DNA from: a virus
Strand: one strand, 5' to 3'
Length of the DNA stretch: 64,000 nt
IMG/VR virus record: IMGVR_UViG_3300044826_000112
Part shown: in pieces, positions 48,123-57,059 of the stretch
Layout of the letters: every line of letters begins with the position of its first letter
Numbering within the stretch: the first letter of the stretch is position 1
Notes under the pieces: generated by a model
Seen by the model: only the letters and a program-made list of their open reading frames with translations
What the model was told of the DNA's origin: nothing
Databases searched by the model: none
Translations under genes and position numbers: made by a program

Positions 48123-48263
48123 ATGAAACTTATCCTATTTCTATTCATTCTTGGGCTTCTCCTGGGTTACCGGGAGGATCGTAAAGTCAAAAAGCAGCAA
48201 AAGGAGTGGCGTAATGCAAAAAAGAAACCTGAGAGTAACGAACAAGAACGTCCACCTAAATAA
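48123..48263 (+). CDS. Small membrane-anchored protein
   Basis: GGAGG RBS, MKLILFLFILGLLLG. Confidence 0.55.
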   Translation: MKLILFLFILGLLLGYREDRKVKKQQKEWRNAKKKPESNEQERPPK

Positions 48264-49005
48264 GCTGTTGGCAGCTGGATTGACGGCAATGATCGTTCAC
48301 CCTACTGCCCCGACGGCGGAAACGTTCAAGTTCAGTTACCGGAGGTTCCGAGAGAAGACACCAGACTCAGTTACCTGGCACAATGAGGAAGATGACTGCT
48401 ATGTTAGCATGGTACTTAACCCACTGCCGATCGAGCGGATGCCGGAATACATCTCACGTACAGGTAACTACCTAGGCGATAAAGATCTCATCCACTTCGT
48501 GTATGTACTGCAAGAATCCGGAGAGTACATATATGACGGGCAAGTCTTCGATGATGTTCATGAAGACGTTCTCCGTGAGGAGATGAGTAGAAACTACAAG
48601 TACAAAAGGGCATTCTTCGCAACTGACATTGCGAATCTGTCTTCTTCTAAAGGTCAATGTGCTCACTTCCTCTGCAAAGAGGTGGGTGAGATGCCTGACA
48701 CTGCAGAGTTATGCAATGATGTCAGCCAAATGGAGCCTTATGATGTGGTATACATCGGGCATCGTGGCGGCGTTATGGCCTGCACTCTCACTAACTTCTT
48801 CCAAATGATCGATCTTAAAGACGTACGCAACATCGTGGCTGATGAGCCTGGTATGACGTACATCGTTGAGAACGGTCGGGAGGTTGTACAAGAAGTAGAA
48901 GACGTAGATACACCCGGTATCATGCTCCTCTGGAATGACACGTTCTTCAATAAGGAAGACACTTGGCATCTGGAAGAGAGTATCGGTAACGAAATCTATT
49001 CATAA
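48214..49005 (+). CDS. Hypothetical protein
   Basis: AAGGAG RBS. Confidence 0.65.
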   Translation: MQKRNLRVTNKNVHLNKLLAAGLTAMIVHPTAPTAETFKFSYRRFREKTPDSVTWHNEEDDCYVSMVLNPLPIERMPEYISRTGNYLGDKDLIHFVYVLQESGEYIYDGQVFDDVHEDVLREEMSRNYKYKRAFFATDIANLSSSKGQCAHFLCKEVGEMPDTAELCNDVSQMEPYDVVYIGHRGGVMACTLTNFFQMIDLKDVRNIVADEPGMTYIVENGREVVQEVEDVDTPGIMLLWNDTFFNKEDTWHLEESIGNEIYS

Positions 49006-49018
49006 TTTGGGGGAATAT

Positions 49019-49753
49019 ATGAAGCGTAATGTTTTGGTAGAGATGGCGACTAAAAATCCCGGCTGCGATATCATCTTGGTATTGACCGGTACGGATATAC
49101 CCACTCCTACGCTCATCAAGGCAGCTGAAGCAGTACTGGAATCCAAAGTCCGGTCAACCTATAACGCAGGCCCTGACTCTGGTATCCGGCTCATGGCAGT
49201 GGATAAGTGCGATGGACTTGAGAGCGTTCGCAATCGCAACTTCGAATTCACCCGCACCACCAAAGGCTGGCCTCATATCCGCGTTCCTGCTGACTACATC
49301 TTGATGTATCTGTTCGACGTGAAGGATATGATCACCTTCGAGACTATGTGCAGCGACAACGTAGTCGAGATCGTGGACATGGAAACTACCAGCCCTGACA
49401 CAAAGATCATCATGTCCGGAGTGAACATGTTGCCTATATGCAGGGGTAATATGCAGGTACACAAAGTACCTGTCGAGCCAGCTAAGGATGACAACATACC
49501 GGAGCCTCTCAAGCTTCTGTGCCGTATGGCTGTCAAATCGCTGTTCGCCATGACCAACGTCCATAACGTGCCGGCCGGGTTCTTTGAGAACCTAGCAGAA
49601 TCGTTCATGCTTGGACCGCATAACGGACGCATGGACCGTTATGACATGACATTCCGGAGTAATGAGGGTAGTTCCTCTGAGGACTTCAAAGATCTGACAA
49701 TCGAGCAAGTGTTCGCACTCTACGAGTTACGCAACACGACAACGATCCAGTAG
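49019..49753 (+). CDS. Hypothetical protein
   Basis: GGGGA RBS. Confidence 0.65.
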   Translation: MKRNVLVEMATKNPGCDIILVLTGTDIPTPTLIKAAEAVLESKVRSTYNAGPDSGIRLMAVDKCDGLESVRNRNFEFTRTTKGWPHIRVPADYILMYLFDVKDMITFETMCSDNVVEIVDMETTSPDTKIIMSGVNMLPICRGNMQVHKVPVEPAKDDNIPEPLKLLCRMAVKSLFAMTNVHNVPAGFFENLAESFMLGPHNGRMDRYDMTFRSNEGSSSEDFKDLTIEQVFALYELRNTTTIQ

Positions 49754-49827
49754 ATCTAATAAAAAGAGGGACTTATGTCTCTCTTTTTAGTTGCAAACCC
49801 CCAGACCCTTTGTTAGGATGAATTGAC

Positions 49828-49903
49828 CCTGGAGTAGCTCAGCAGGTAGAGCGAACGACCGATAATCGTTAGGTCACTGGTTCGAACCCAGTCTCTAGGA
49901 CCA
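49828..49903 (+). tRNA. tRNA-Ile(GAT)
   Basis: Cloverleaf, CCA. Confidence 0.92.
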
Positions 49904-49907
49904 AATT

Positions 49908-49983
49908 GCATGTATAGCTCAGTAGGTAGAGCGAGACGTTGCCAACGTCTAGGCCGTCGGTTCGAGACCGTCTACATGCTCCA
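49908..49983 (+). tRNA. tRNA-Gly(GCC)
   Basis: Cloverleaf, U73-CCA. Confidence 0.92.
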
Positions 49984-49984
49984 A

Positions 49985-50059
49985 GCATGATTAGCATAAT
50001 GGTAGTGCGACTGCCTTCCAAGCAGTTAGGTGACAGTTCGAGTCTGTTATCATGCTCCA
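49985..50059 (+). tRNA. tRNA-Gly(TCC)
   Basis: Cloverleaf, U73-CCA. Confidence 0.9.
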
Positions 50060-50116
50060 ATTTCTGCCCGGCCGGGGGTTTCGCCTCCTTTACCTCGGTT
50101 GGGCTTCTACATCACT

Positions 50117-50205
50117 GGGGGATGCTCACGCTAGCGGATTCCAAATCCGTCGACGTTAAATATGCGTGTGGTCGTCGTTGGGTTCGATTCCTACATCCTC
50201 TGCCA
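50117..50205 (+). tRNA. Atypical tRNA-Trp(CCA) lacking a D-arm, with an enlarged variable arm
   Basis: GGGGGAT/ATCCTCT-G-CCA; GCGGA-TTCCAAA-TCCGT; TTCGATT T-loop. Confidence 0.7.
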
Positions 50206-50260
50206 CTTTCCTTATCCCTCTCTTTTAGCTATGATCTCCTTAACCAAAAGGAGAATCCGC

Positions 50261-50734
50261 ATGCAAATCCAACAAGTATTCGTTGCAAACACTATCGTCA
50301 AGGAAAGCGACGAGATCGTCGATTTCACCGCTATGACTCCCGTACTGACGTACCTGGAGAAAGTCATTCCAGATGACGGCCTGATGTCGTGCGTTGTCGA
50401 CTATGACGATGAAGATATCAAGTACACCGGCGTAGACGTCAATCTCGGCAGAATGAACGGGAAGTTGGTCTTCACTGTATCCAAGGACCGTATCCTCTTG
50501 CCTCAACACGAAATCTCCTTCGTACCCTATCTGACCGAGGAAGGGGTCCCGCAGCTCATGATTTCAGTTCCGCCTGGCCGCATCGAGAAGATCGGCATGG
50601 AGGCCCTTGAGAAATACTACAATGACCACCTCGAGTTCGTACAGGTGATGCTGGGTCATTTCGCCTTGTTTGCGGACTTAAACTCTAAGAACGAACTAAA
50701 GGAGTTCATCGAGACTACACGGACATACCATTGA
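50261..50734 (+). CDS. Hypothetical protein
   Basis: AAGGAG RBS. Confidence 0.7.
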   Translation: MQIQQVFVANTIVKESDEIVDFTAMTPVLTYLEKVIPDDGLMSCVVDYDDEDIKYTGVDVNLGRMNGKLVFTVSKDRILLPQHEISFVPYLTEEGVPQLMISVPPGRIEKIGMEALEKYYNDHLEFVQVMLGHFALFADLNSKNELKEFIETTRTYH

Positions 50735-50742
50735 GGTGAGAG

Positions 50743-51390
50743 ATGAGTGATCTACTAGAACTAGCGAAAGGTCTGCACAAGCAGGCCAAAGAAGAAAAGA
50801 GCGGTAAAGGTGCAGGTTGGGCAGCAGGCCTGGGTACCTATATTGCAGGTGCCAAGATGAGCAACAAGGGGAACCGCAAGCTTGTGGCTACCGGTGGTAA
50901 GAGCAAGGCCGCCCGCATACTGAGTGGTATCGGAGCTGCTACTGAATTCGGAGCTATCCCGCTCGGTATCCAAGTTAAGCGTAACATCGAGAAGAAGGCT
51001 GTTGAGAAAAAGAAGAAAGAGCAACCTAGCATGCTACGCCCAGGTGTAGTTGCAGGTATCGCTACTGCTTCTGGTGCCACAGCAGCCAGAGCTACAGGCT
51101 CAGCCATGATGCATCGTGCTGCTAAGTCTACGGTGGCAAACTCTTACCGCCCTACTGATGTAGATCGTAAGAATGTCAAAGGCTTCTATGAAAACGGTAA
51201 GTACGTAACCGGTAAAACCCCAGGGCTTCAAGCAGGTCGCGTCAAAGATATTGCCTCAAAGTCTAACAAACTTATGTCCAAAGGGATGAAAGTCAGTAAG
51301 TACGGTACGGCCGCTCTTATTGCATCTCCAGTTGTTGGTGCATTAGTCGGCAAGGCTCATCGCATGATGACCGAGAAGAAGGATAAGTAA
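50743..51390 (+). CDS. Basic L-x-K-x-A family protein with Gly/Ala-rich hydrophobic segments
   Basis: MSDLLELAKGLHKQA...; internal IEKKA. Confidence 0.65.
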   Translation: MSDLLELAKGLHKQAKEEKSGKGAGWAAGLGTYIAGAKMSNKGNRKLVATGGKSKAARILSGIGAATEFGAIPLGIQVKRNIEKKAVEKKKKEQPSMLRPGVVAGIATASGATAARATGSAMMHRAAKSTVANSYRPTDVDRKNVKGFYENGKYVTGKTPGLQAGRVKDIASKSNKLMSKGMKVSKYGTAALIASPVVGALVGKAHRMMTEKKDK

Positions 51391-51399
51391 GGAGATTCT

Positions 51400-52128
51400 A
51401 TGTCCCTAGTCGATATCGCTCTTGGCCTGCACAAGCAGGCCGAAGAGAAGAAAAAGAAGGAGCGTCATGAAGGGTTGACTGCTGGCGGGGCTATTTTGGC
51501 CTCCAGCGGTGCCCAGCAACGTCTGATGGGTTACGAAACCGTTCACCATGGTACTCCTAAGCATGAGAACGTCATGTCTATCAAGAAGCATGGCATTAAA
51601 AAGTCCCATGCTGGTACCGGTGCTGGTGCTGCTGACATGGCCGTTGGTCACGTAGATAGAGATAATCTCAAAGGTCGTGTCTTCACTACTACCAACAAAG
51701 GCTATGCAAGTCACTACACTAAAGGCAATCTCTTTGAAGGCCCAGATATTCGCAAAGTGGTAACTGCTCACGTCCCTTATCGTGCCAAATCTCGTCTACA
51801 CACCGACAAGATCATGCATGAAGCAGCTAACGGTGTCGGCGTAGGTAAGAACATGGGTCAAGCTGAACGGGCTAATGCTAAGCGTCTGCTGAAACAGACT
51901 CGTGTGTATAAGCACGGCATCAAGACTCGCTTCATCGAAGGCGGTAAAGATTACGCCGGTAAGAAGCAGTTCCTGAACGCCGGGCATATGCGTCGTTATC
52001 TGTCCCAAGCAGGTGGTAAGGCACGTTTCGCTACTGGTGTAGCCCAATCAGCTGTCTCAGCCGGTCTCGGTGCTCTGACTCTGCGTAACGCTGCCAAGAC
52101 ACTTAAAGAGAAGAAGGAAGCTAAATGA
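51400..52128 (+). CDS. Basic L-x-K-x-A protein with an ADP-ribosyltransferase-like core
   Basis: GLHKQA; VHHGT....SIKKHG; GRVFTT...YA.HY. Confidence 0.55.
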   Translation: MSLVDIALGLHKQAEEKKKKERHEGLTAGGAILASSGAQQRLMGYETVHHGTPKHENVMSIKKHGIKKSHAGTGAGAADMAVGHVDRDNLKGRVFTTTNKGYASHYTKGNLFEGPDIRKVVTAHVPYRAKSRLHTDKIMHEAANGVGVGKNMGQAERANAKRLLKQTRVYKHGIKTRFIEGGKDYAGKKQFLNAGHMRRYLSQAGGKARFATGVAQSAVSAGLGALTLRNAAKTLKEKKEAK

Positions 52129-52811
52129 ACGCTCTACTAAAGATTGCCTCTAAAAAGAGGGATGATGATAAGGTGAATAAGAAGGCCGTCGTAGCAGGCG
52201 GCCTCTTGGTCCATATGAATGCTGGCAAGGTTGCCCCGCGTGTTATCGGCTACCACAAGATGTATCACGGCACAGGTGCTCATAACGTTGAGAGCATCAA
52301 AAAGACTGGCTTAGATCCTAAGTACGGTGGCAAGACTGGCGGTGCAGCTGATCTACATGGCCTGGATTCGTTCAAGAAGAACAGTTCTGGGAAAGTCCAC
52401 ATGTCTCCTCATAAAATATCTGCTCGGATGATGGCTAACTTCGTTGATCTCAAGAAGGCCAATCCTAACATGGACAACACGCATGTCATGAAGGGGGCCA
52501 TGAAGGGAGCTATGACCGGGAAAGGTAACGTCTTCACTATTCACTTGTCTGAAGGGCAACACCGACGTCTGAAGAATGATCCCGATATGGGAGGTGCCAA
52601 GACTTTCCACCAGAAGATCCGCAAGGAACAGCTTCAAGGCGGCGTCAAGGGCATGGCTTCCGTAGTCAACAAAGGTACCTTGAAGCGTCACTTCACGACC
52701 AAGCACGGTTTAAAGCGTGTGGCTCACGGTCTGGGTAACGCAGGTGCTGCCGCTTTGGGCGCCAAGATGCTCTACGATCAAGCAAAAAAGCTGAAGTCCA
52801 AGAAGGATTGA
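52125..52811 (+). CDS. Basic L-x-K-x-A protein with an ART/Tpt1-like core (paralogue)
   Basis: LLKIA; MYHGT....ESIKKTGL; GKVHMS....A. Confidence 0.55.
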   Translation: MNALLKIASKKRDDDKVNKKAVVAGGLLVHMNAGKVAPRVIGYHKMYHGTGAHNVESIKKTGLDPKYGGKTGGAADLHGLDSFKKNSSGKVHMSPHKISARMMANFVDLKKANPNMDNTHVMKGAMKGAMTGKGNVFTIHLSEGQHRRLKNDPDMGGAKTFHQKIRKEQLQGGVKGMASVVNKGTLKRHFTTKHGLKRVAHGLGNAGAAALGAKMLYDQAKKLKSKKD

Positions 52812-53045
52812 TGGTATAAGTAATGTGTCAAAGGAGATACATTATGAACGACCAACCTAAAACCCCTGCTACTACTTCAGAGTCAACTGCTAGCCAAGCT
52901 ATAGAAGCCTATCGTAAAGAACACCCCATCCGCTACTATGTAGGTGGTTTCATTGGCAGCATCGTTGCCGTATTCAGAAAGAGACCTTGATGGTCTCTTT
53001 TTTAGTTGGTATGATGCTGATGTCTAATTAACCAAGGAGACATCA

Positions 53046-53273
53046 ATGGAAAACCAACATCGCAAGATCACCGGGTATCGGGAGCTGTCCGAAGCTGAAG
53101 TTGCTCTGATGAACAAGCTCAAGGAGCACGGTAACGAGATAGGCTTCATCCTTGATCAGATGGCTACCGACGCCTCTCTCGATCAACGCTGTGTGGCAAT
53201 CGCTAAGACCCAGATCCAGACTGGCATGATGTTTGCCATCCGGGCTGTTGCTCAACCTACTACCTTCTGCTAA
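53046..53273 (+). CDS. acb2: Anti-CBASS protein Acb2 (cyclic oligonucleotide sponge)
   Basis: MENQHRKITGYRELS..E...MN..K ... IAKTQIQTGMM.AIRAVAQP matches the Acb2 family signature. Confidence 0.88.
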   Translation: MENQHRKITGYRELSEAEVALMNKLKEHGNEIGFILDQMATDASLDQRCVAIAKTQIQTGMMFAIRAVAQPTTFC

Positions 53274-53282
53274 GGAGTCATC

Positions 53283-53546
53283 ATGGTCATCATCACTGTA
53301 ATTCCAAAATCCGTTCCCATGGACCTACTTCGTTATGATGGCCATAATGAAGCAGAACTCCAGGAGTTCACCGGGCTGGAGACAGCAAAGGCTCAATCTC
53401 AAAACGGCTCGCCCGTTGCCTTCATGTTCCATGCCGCAGGTCCTCGTCTGGCCCAAGTCGGTGAGTACGTCAACAAGTTTGGCATGACGTACACCGAGAC
53501 CACCCTTCGTAGCGGCTACCAGATCGTCGATACGGAAGACGTGTAA
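53283..53546 (+). CDS. Hypothetical protein
   Basis: AAGGAG RBS. Confidence 0.6.
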   Translation: MVIITVIPKSVPMDLLRYDGHNEAELQEFTGLETAKAQSQNGSPVAFMFHAAGPRLAQVGEYVNKFGMTYTETTLRSGYQIVDTEDV

Positions 53547-53574
53547 AATATCTCTGTGATATAGGAGATTTACC

Positions 53575-53880
53575 ATGGATAATGTAGAAAATCTGGTTAA
53601 AGTTGCGAGAGAGCTGAAGTCGAATGAGCGAAAGGGTACTGTAGGTACTTCTGCGTATAATGGTGCTAAATACGGTGCTCGAGCAGGGGCTGTGTTAGGG
53701 GCTATTGGCGGTCTGCATTCGATGCGAAACCCTCTAGGCGCTATGATCGGAGGTGTAGGTGGTACGATTGCGGGAGGTGTAGCAGGCGGCGTAGCTGGTG
53801 TTAACTACGGTGCGGCACGTGCTCTCTATCGTGACGCTAAAGATCTCAAATCGGTTCACCCTAACAGGCTGAAAGACTGA
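53575..53880 (+). CDS. Glycine-zipper protein with an L-x-K-x-A N-terminus
   Basis: LVKVA; GAVLGAIGG, GGVGGTIAGGVAGGVAG. Confidence 0.6.
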   Translation: MDNVENLVKVARELKSNERKGTVGTSAYNGAKYGARAGAVLGAIGGLHSMRNPLGAMIGGVGGTIAGGVAGGVAGVNYGAARALYRDAKDLKSVHPNRLKD

Positions 53881-53974
53881 TAAAAGTAGTTGACGTGCCT
53901 CCACTCGTTTTGATAGAGTGTTCGTACGGTTAAACCTACCCTGTGATCGGTTCGCTGAAAGCAGGGTTTTCCCC

Positions 53975-54051
53975 GGATCAGAAGCACATGAGGCATGTGC
54001 GGACGCCTGTTAAGCGTATGGTAGAGGGTTCGAATCCCTCCTGGTCCGCCA
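53975..54051 (+). tRNA. tRNA-Asn(GTT)
   Basis: Cloverleaf (A8 instead of U8), G73-CCA. Confidence 0.85.
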
Positions 54052-54059
54052 ATTTCTAT

Positions 54060-54194
54060 GCTCCATCAAGGTTTGCTTTGCAGGGAAGGATCCCTTCGAA
54101 GCGATATGGGTACGGTAGTGAGCTTGTTCGAACATCTCGAGTAAGTAGTGCTAGCGAGGTACCGAGACTGCGGGTTCGATTCCTGTGTGGGGCG
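54060..54194 (+). ncRNA. ~135-nt tRNA-like RNA
   Basis: GCTCCAT/GTGGGGC acceptor, GCGGG-TTCGATT-CCTGT T-arm, no encoded CCA. Confidence 0.55.
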
Positions 54195-54203
54195 GTTCAA
54201 TTT

Positions 54204-54279
54204 GCTGGTTTAGCTCATCTGGTAGAGCGGCTCTCTTGTAAAGAGCGGGTGGCGGGTTCGAGTCCTGCAACCAGCACCA
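54204..54279 (+). tRNA. tRNA-Thr(TGT)
   Basis: Cloverleaf, CCA. Confidence 0.92.
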
Positions 54280-54289
54280 AGATTTCAAT

Positions 54290-54365
54290 GCGTCCCTAAC
54301 TCAATGGTTAGAGTGCCTGCCTCTTAAGCAGAACGTTCTGGGTTCGAGTCCCAGGGGACGTACCA
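54290..54365 (+). tRNA. tRNA-Lys(CTT)
   Basis: Cloverleaf, CCA. Confidence 0.92.
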
Positions 54366-54370
54366 AATAC

Positions 54371-54458
54371 GGAAGAGTGGCGAAATGGTAGCCGCGTCAG
54401 CTTGGAAAGCTGTTGTCCTTTACGGGGCATGAGGGTTCGAGTCCCTCTTCTTCCTCCA
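54371..54458 (+). tRNA. tRNA-Ser(GGA)
   Basis: Cloverleaf, variable arm, CCA. Confidence 0.9.
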
Positions 54459-54556
54459 CTTCAGAAACCCGCTTCGGCGGGTTTTCCTTTTTGTGGCCCT
54501 TTGGGGGTATAAGTACTCCGTAGGAAGGCCTACATACTAACAAAAAGGGAAATCCC

Positions 54557-55150
54557 ATGAACAAAAATACTATCAAGTTGATCTCCTCCTTCTCATTGAG
54601 CATGGTGTCCGGGGAAGACATCCCGTTCGTTCGCATGAAAGAGATCTCCATCGAAGACCTGCAAGATGATCTTGCGTGGTGCGACCTCGTGTCCCATGTA
54701 AGCGTTCCAGAATTAGCTACCATTCTGACTCACTACATCGGCCGCCCCATCGAGGTCAACCGCTCCGCCGTGCGTCTCAAGGGCAACCGCCTGATTGTCG
54801 CCAAGGTATATGGCGGCCGACTGGAAGCCGGTATGACTCAGCTGCCTGGTGGGATGATTCTCCGCTTGGTCGAGGTGTATCTCAACAAGCCTAACCTGGT
54901 GCGATTCCCTGCTGCACAGGCCTCTGAGATGCCAGCATGGCCGGTCGAACACATTCACCCTGAAGAGCCGACCACCATAGGCATCGACTGGGAGAATGGA
55001 GAGATCACCATCATGACGGTCTCAAAGACCCTCAACGGTGACTTTGCGGCCTTTGTACAATCCCGTACCGGTCATGAGAATGACTGCTACATCGTGGACT
55101 GCGGTGAGCAGACCTGGCAATCCGTGATCAACAAGGAGATGGAGGCATGA
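54557..55150 (+). CDS. DUF1874/AcrIII-1-like domain plus C-terminal extension
   Basis: SFSLSM, LATIL...IG..IEVNR..V.L, GGRLEAG.T.LP. Confidence 0.6.
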   Translation: MNKNTIKLISSFSLSMVSGEDIPFVRMKEISIEDLQDDLAWCDLVSHVSVPELATILTHYIGRPIEVNRSAVRLKGNRLIVAKVYGGRLEAGMTQLPGGMILRLVEVYLNKPNLVRFPAAQASEMPAWPVEHIHPEEPTTIGIDWENGEITIMTVSKTLNGDFAAFVQSRTGHENDCYIVDCGEQTWQSVINKEMEA

Positions 55151-55692
55151 AGCAAGTACTAGCGTTCCGTCTGGAAGCCGGCGAGACTCTATGTGGACTG
55201 CTGGAAGATTGCCGCAATATGGGGATCCACCTGAAGGCTCATACTGAGCTGCCTGGCGGATTGCATCTCTTTGAAGACCGGGAGCCTGCAGTGATCCAGC
55301 TGTCGGCCTGCGAGATCACTATGGAAGATCGCATGGCGTGGGACTTCTCGGCCCGTAATCGAGATAGCCGTCGACCCTTCTACCGGATGCGGGGAACCGT
55401 TGATCCTCTGGTTGATATCTTCCCATTCCCGCCGATCATGAAGTTCTATGTCGAAGGGGTTGAAGTAGAGGTGTCAGTCAACTTCATCAACAGCAAAGGT
55501 GGTGGAGACAGTCTGCAGATGCACCATAAAGGCGAGTTGATAGCCTCTACTGGTGCCACTATGGGCAAGTGGGTGCTGAGAATAGGTGGGTTCCAGGAGT
55601 ACAACTCCAATCCCACCCTGGTCAAAGCAGCTATGACTGCCATCAAGTTCTTGGATGAGAAACTCTACGATGATGTAGAGGATGCAGCATAA
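55147..55692 (+). CDS. Hypothetical protein
   Basis: Coupled ORF. Confidence 0.6.
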   Translation: MKQVLAFRLEAGETLCGLLEDCRNMGIHLKAHTELPGGLHLFEDREPAVIQLSACEITMEDRMAWDFSARNRDSRRPFYRMRGTVDPLVDIFPFPPIMKFYVEGVEVEVSVNFINSKGGGDSLQMHHKGELIASTGATMGKWVLRIGGFQEYNSNPTLVKAAMTAIKFLDEKLYDDVEDAA

Positions 55693-55756
55693 AGAGAGGG
55701 CCTCGTGCCCTCTTTTAGTTGACCTGCATGTCTCGTTTAGGTATAGTTCTGTTCAC

Positions 55757-55832
55757 GGGTCGCTAGCTCAATGGTAGCAGCAAGGTGCTTTTAACGCCGA
55801 GGTTCTGGGTTCGAGTCCCAGGCGTCCCACCA
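55757..55832 (+). tRNA. tRNA-Lys(TTT)
   Basis: Cloverleaf, CCA; promoter TTGACC-N17-TATAGT at 55719. Confidence 0.9.
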
Positions 55833-55838
55833 AATTAT

Positions 55839-55934
55839 GGAAGAGTCATCCGAAATTGGTATCGGTCCAGTCTTGAAAACTGGTCATCGGGCTAGTACCC
55901 CGTTGTGTGAGTTCGAGTCTCACGTCTTCCGCCA
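55839..55934 (+). tRNA. tRNA-Ser(TGA)
   Basis: Cloverleaf, long variable arm, CCA. Confidence 0.9.
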
Positions 55935-56012
55935 CTTTAGGCTAGGTCTGCTGGAGAAACGATAAGATACTCCTGTCTATAAAGGTTCCTAGTCGCCACT
56001 TGGAGATGCAAT

Positions 56013-56198
56013 ATGTCCAACGTCACCATCCGTACCTTCACCCCTTACATCAACAAACTCCGAAAGGAAGCAGAAGACCTTCGCAATGACACCCTGGTGA
56101 GCATGGCCGAAGGTATTCGTAACGAGATCATGGCCAAGCGCCTTGATGAAATCGCCAACGACATAGAGAATCTTGCTGATGCTACACAGTACTCATAA
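56013..56198 (+). CDS. Hypothetical protein
   Basis: GGAG RBS. Confidence 0.55.
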   Translation: MSNVTIRTFTPYINKLRKEAEDLRNDTLVSMAEGIRNEIMAKRLDEIANDIENLADATQYS

Positions 56199-56804
56199 GA
56201 CCTACTGGTTGGGCCTCTATGGAGGCCTTCTTCGCGTAGGAGCTGTAGAACTACGCCTCAACGGCAATGCTATCGGCCAAGATGATTGTCCTATGGCAGA
56301 CTTCCTGGATGAGATAGGCAAGAAAATCCAGTTCATCCAGGACACTGACGTCGAACTGCTGTGCTACATATGGGAGCTGCAGAAGGAATACAAGAAGTTG
56401 AGGCTTCACCGCTTCTCCATGCTTCCTGACCAATCCTTTGAGCTCAAGCAGGCAGAACGACTCAGAGGCATCATCGAGATGCTCAAGAAAATCAGACGAG
56501 GAGATATGGCATGCTTCCTTTTGGATCAAAAAGAACCTACGGGGATTGCATCGTTACGAGATACCGTAACGGGGGCAAAGTCCACATTCGGCTAGGAGCT
56601 GTTAACAAAGCTGTTGGCCGCCGCCTGTCCAAATCGGACAGAATCATCCACCAACTCGAGGATATCCCTCATGATGCCTTACGGATCTAAACGTACCCTC
56701 TATGGGCTGCACAATCGCAGCGTCAAACGTGGCCGTTTCTATGGAACAGTTGAGAAGAAACACCCTCGCCAAGAGGGTAAGAAGCAGATCAAGGAGCAGC
56801 TGGA

Positions 56805-57059
56805 ATGATCACCGGGGTAAGTCTCTTACTCCCATGGGGTGAACAGATCGACCTGCCAGCTCCCCATAGACATCACGATCTTCTTCACGAGTACTTCGTG
56901 AACAACGGGCAGAAAGTACCGCCAGGTACTGCCCAGGGTTTTCACGATGAGAAGTATCGCTTCTACACTCGGGAGAAGGCTCGGGAGTATGCCCTTAAGT
57001 GCGGGCAGGTCACCACTACGCAGCATTCTAAGAAGCTCTTCTCGGAGGACTTGTGGTAA
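56805..57059 (+). CDS. Conserved-looking small phage protein
   Basis: PHRHHD...QGF....RFYTRE.A...A..CGQ...LFSEDLW. Confidence 0.6.
   Translation: MITGVSLLLPWGEQIDLPAPHRHHDLLHEYFVNNGQKVPPGTAQGFHDEKYRFYTREKAREYALKCGQVTTTQHSKKLFSEDLW

Noticed and set aside
49939-50376. ORFs overlapping tRNA clusters (also 44110-44621, 53943-54299)
   Set aside because: They overlap clear tRNA genes and are spurious
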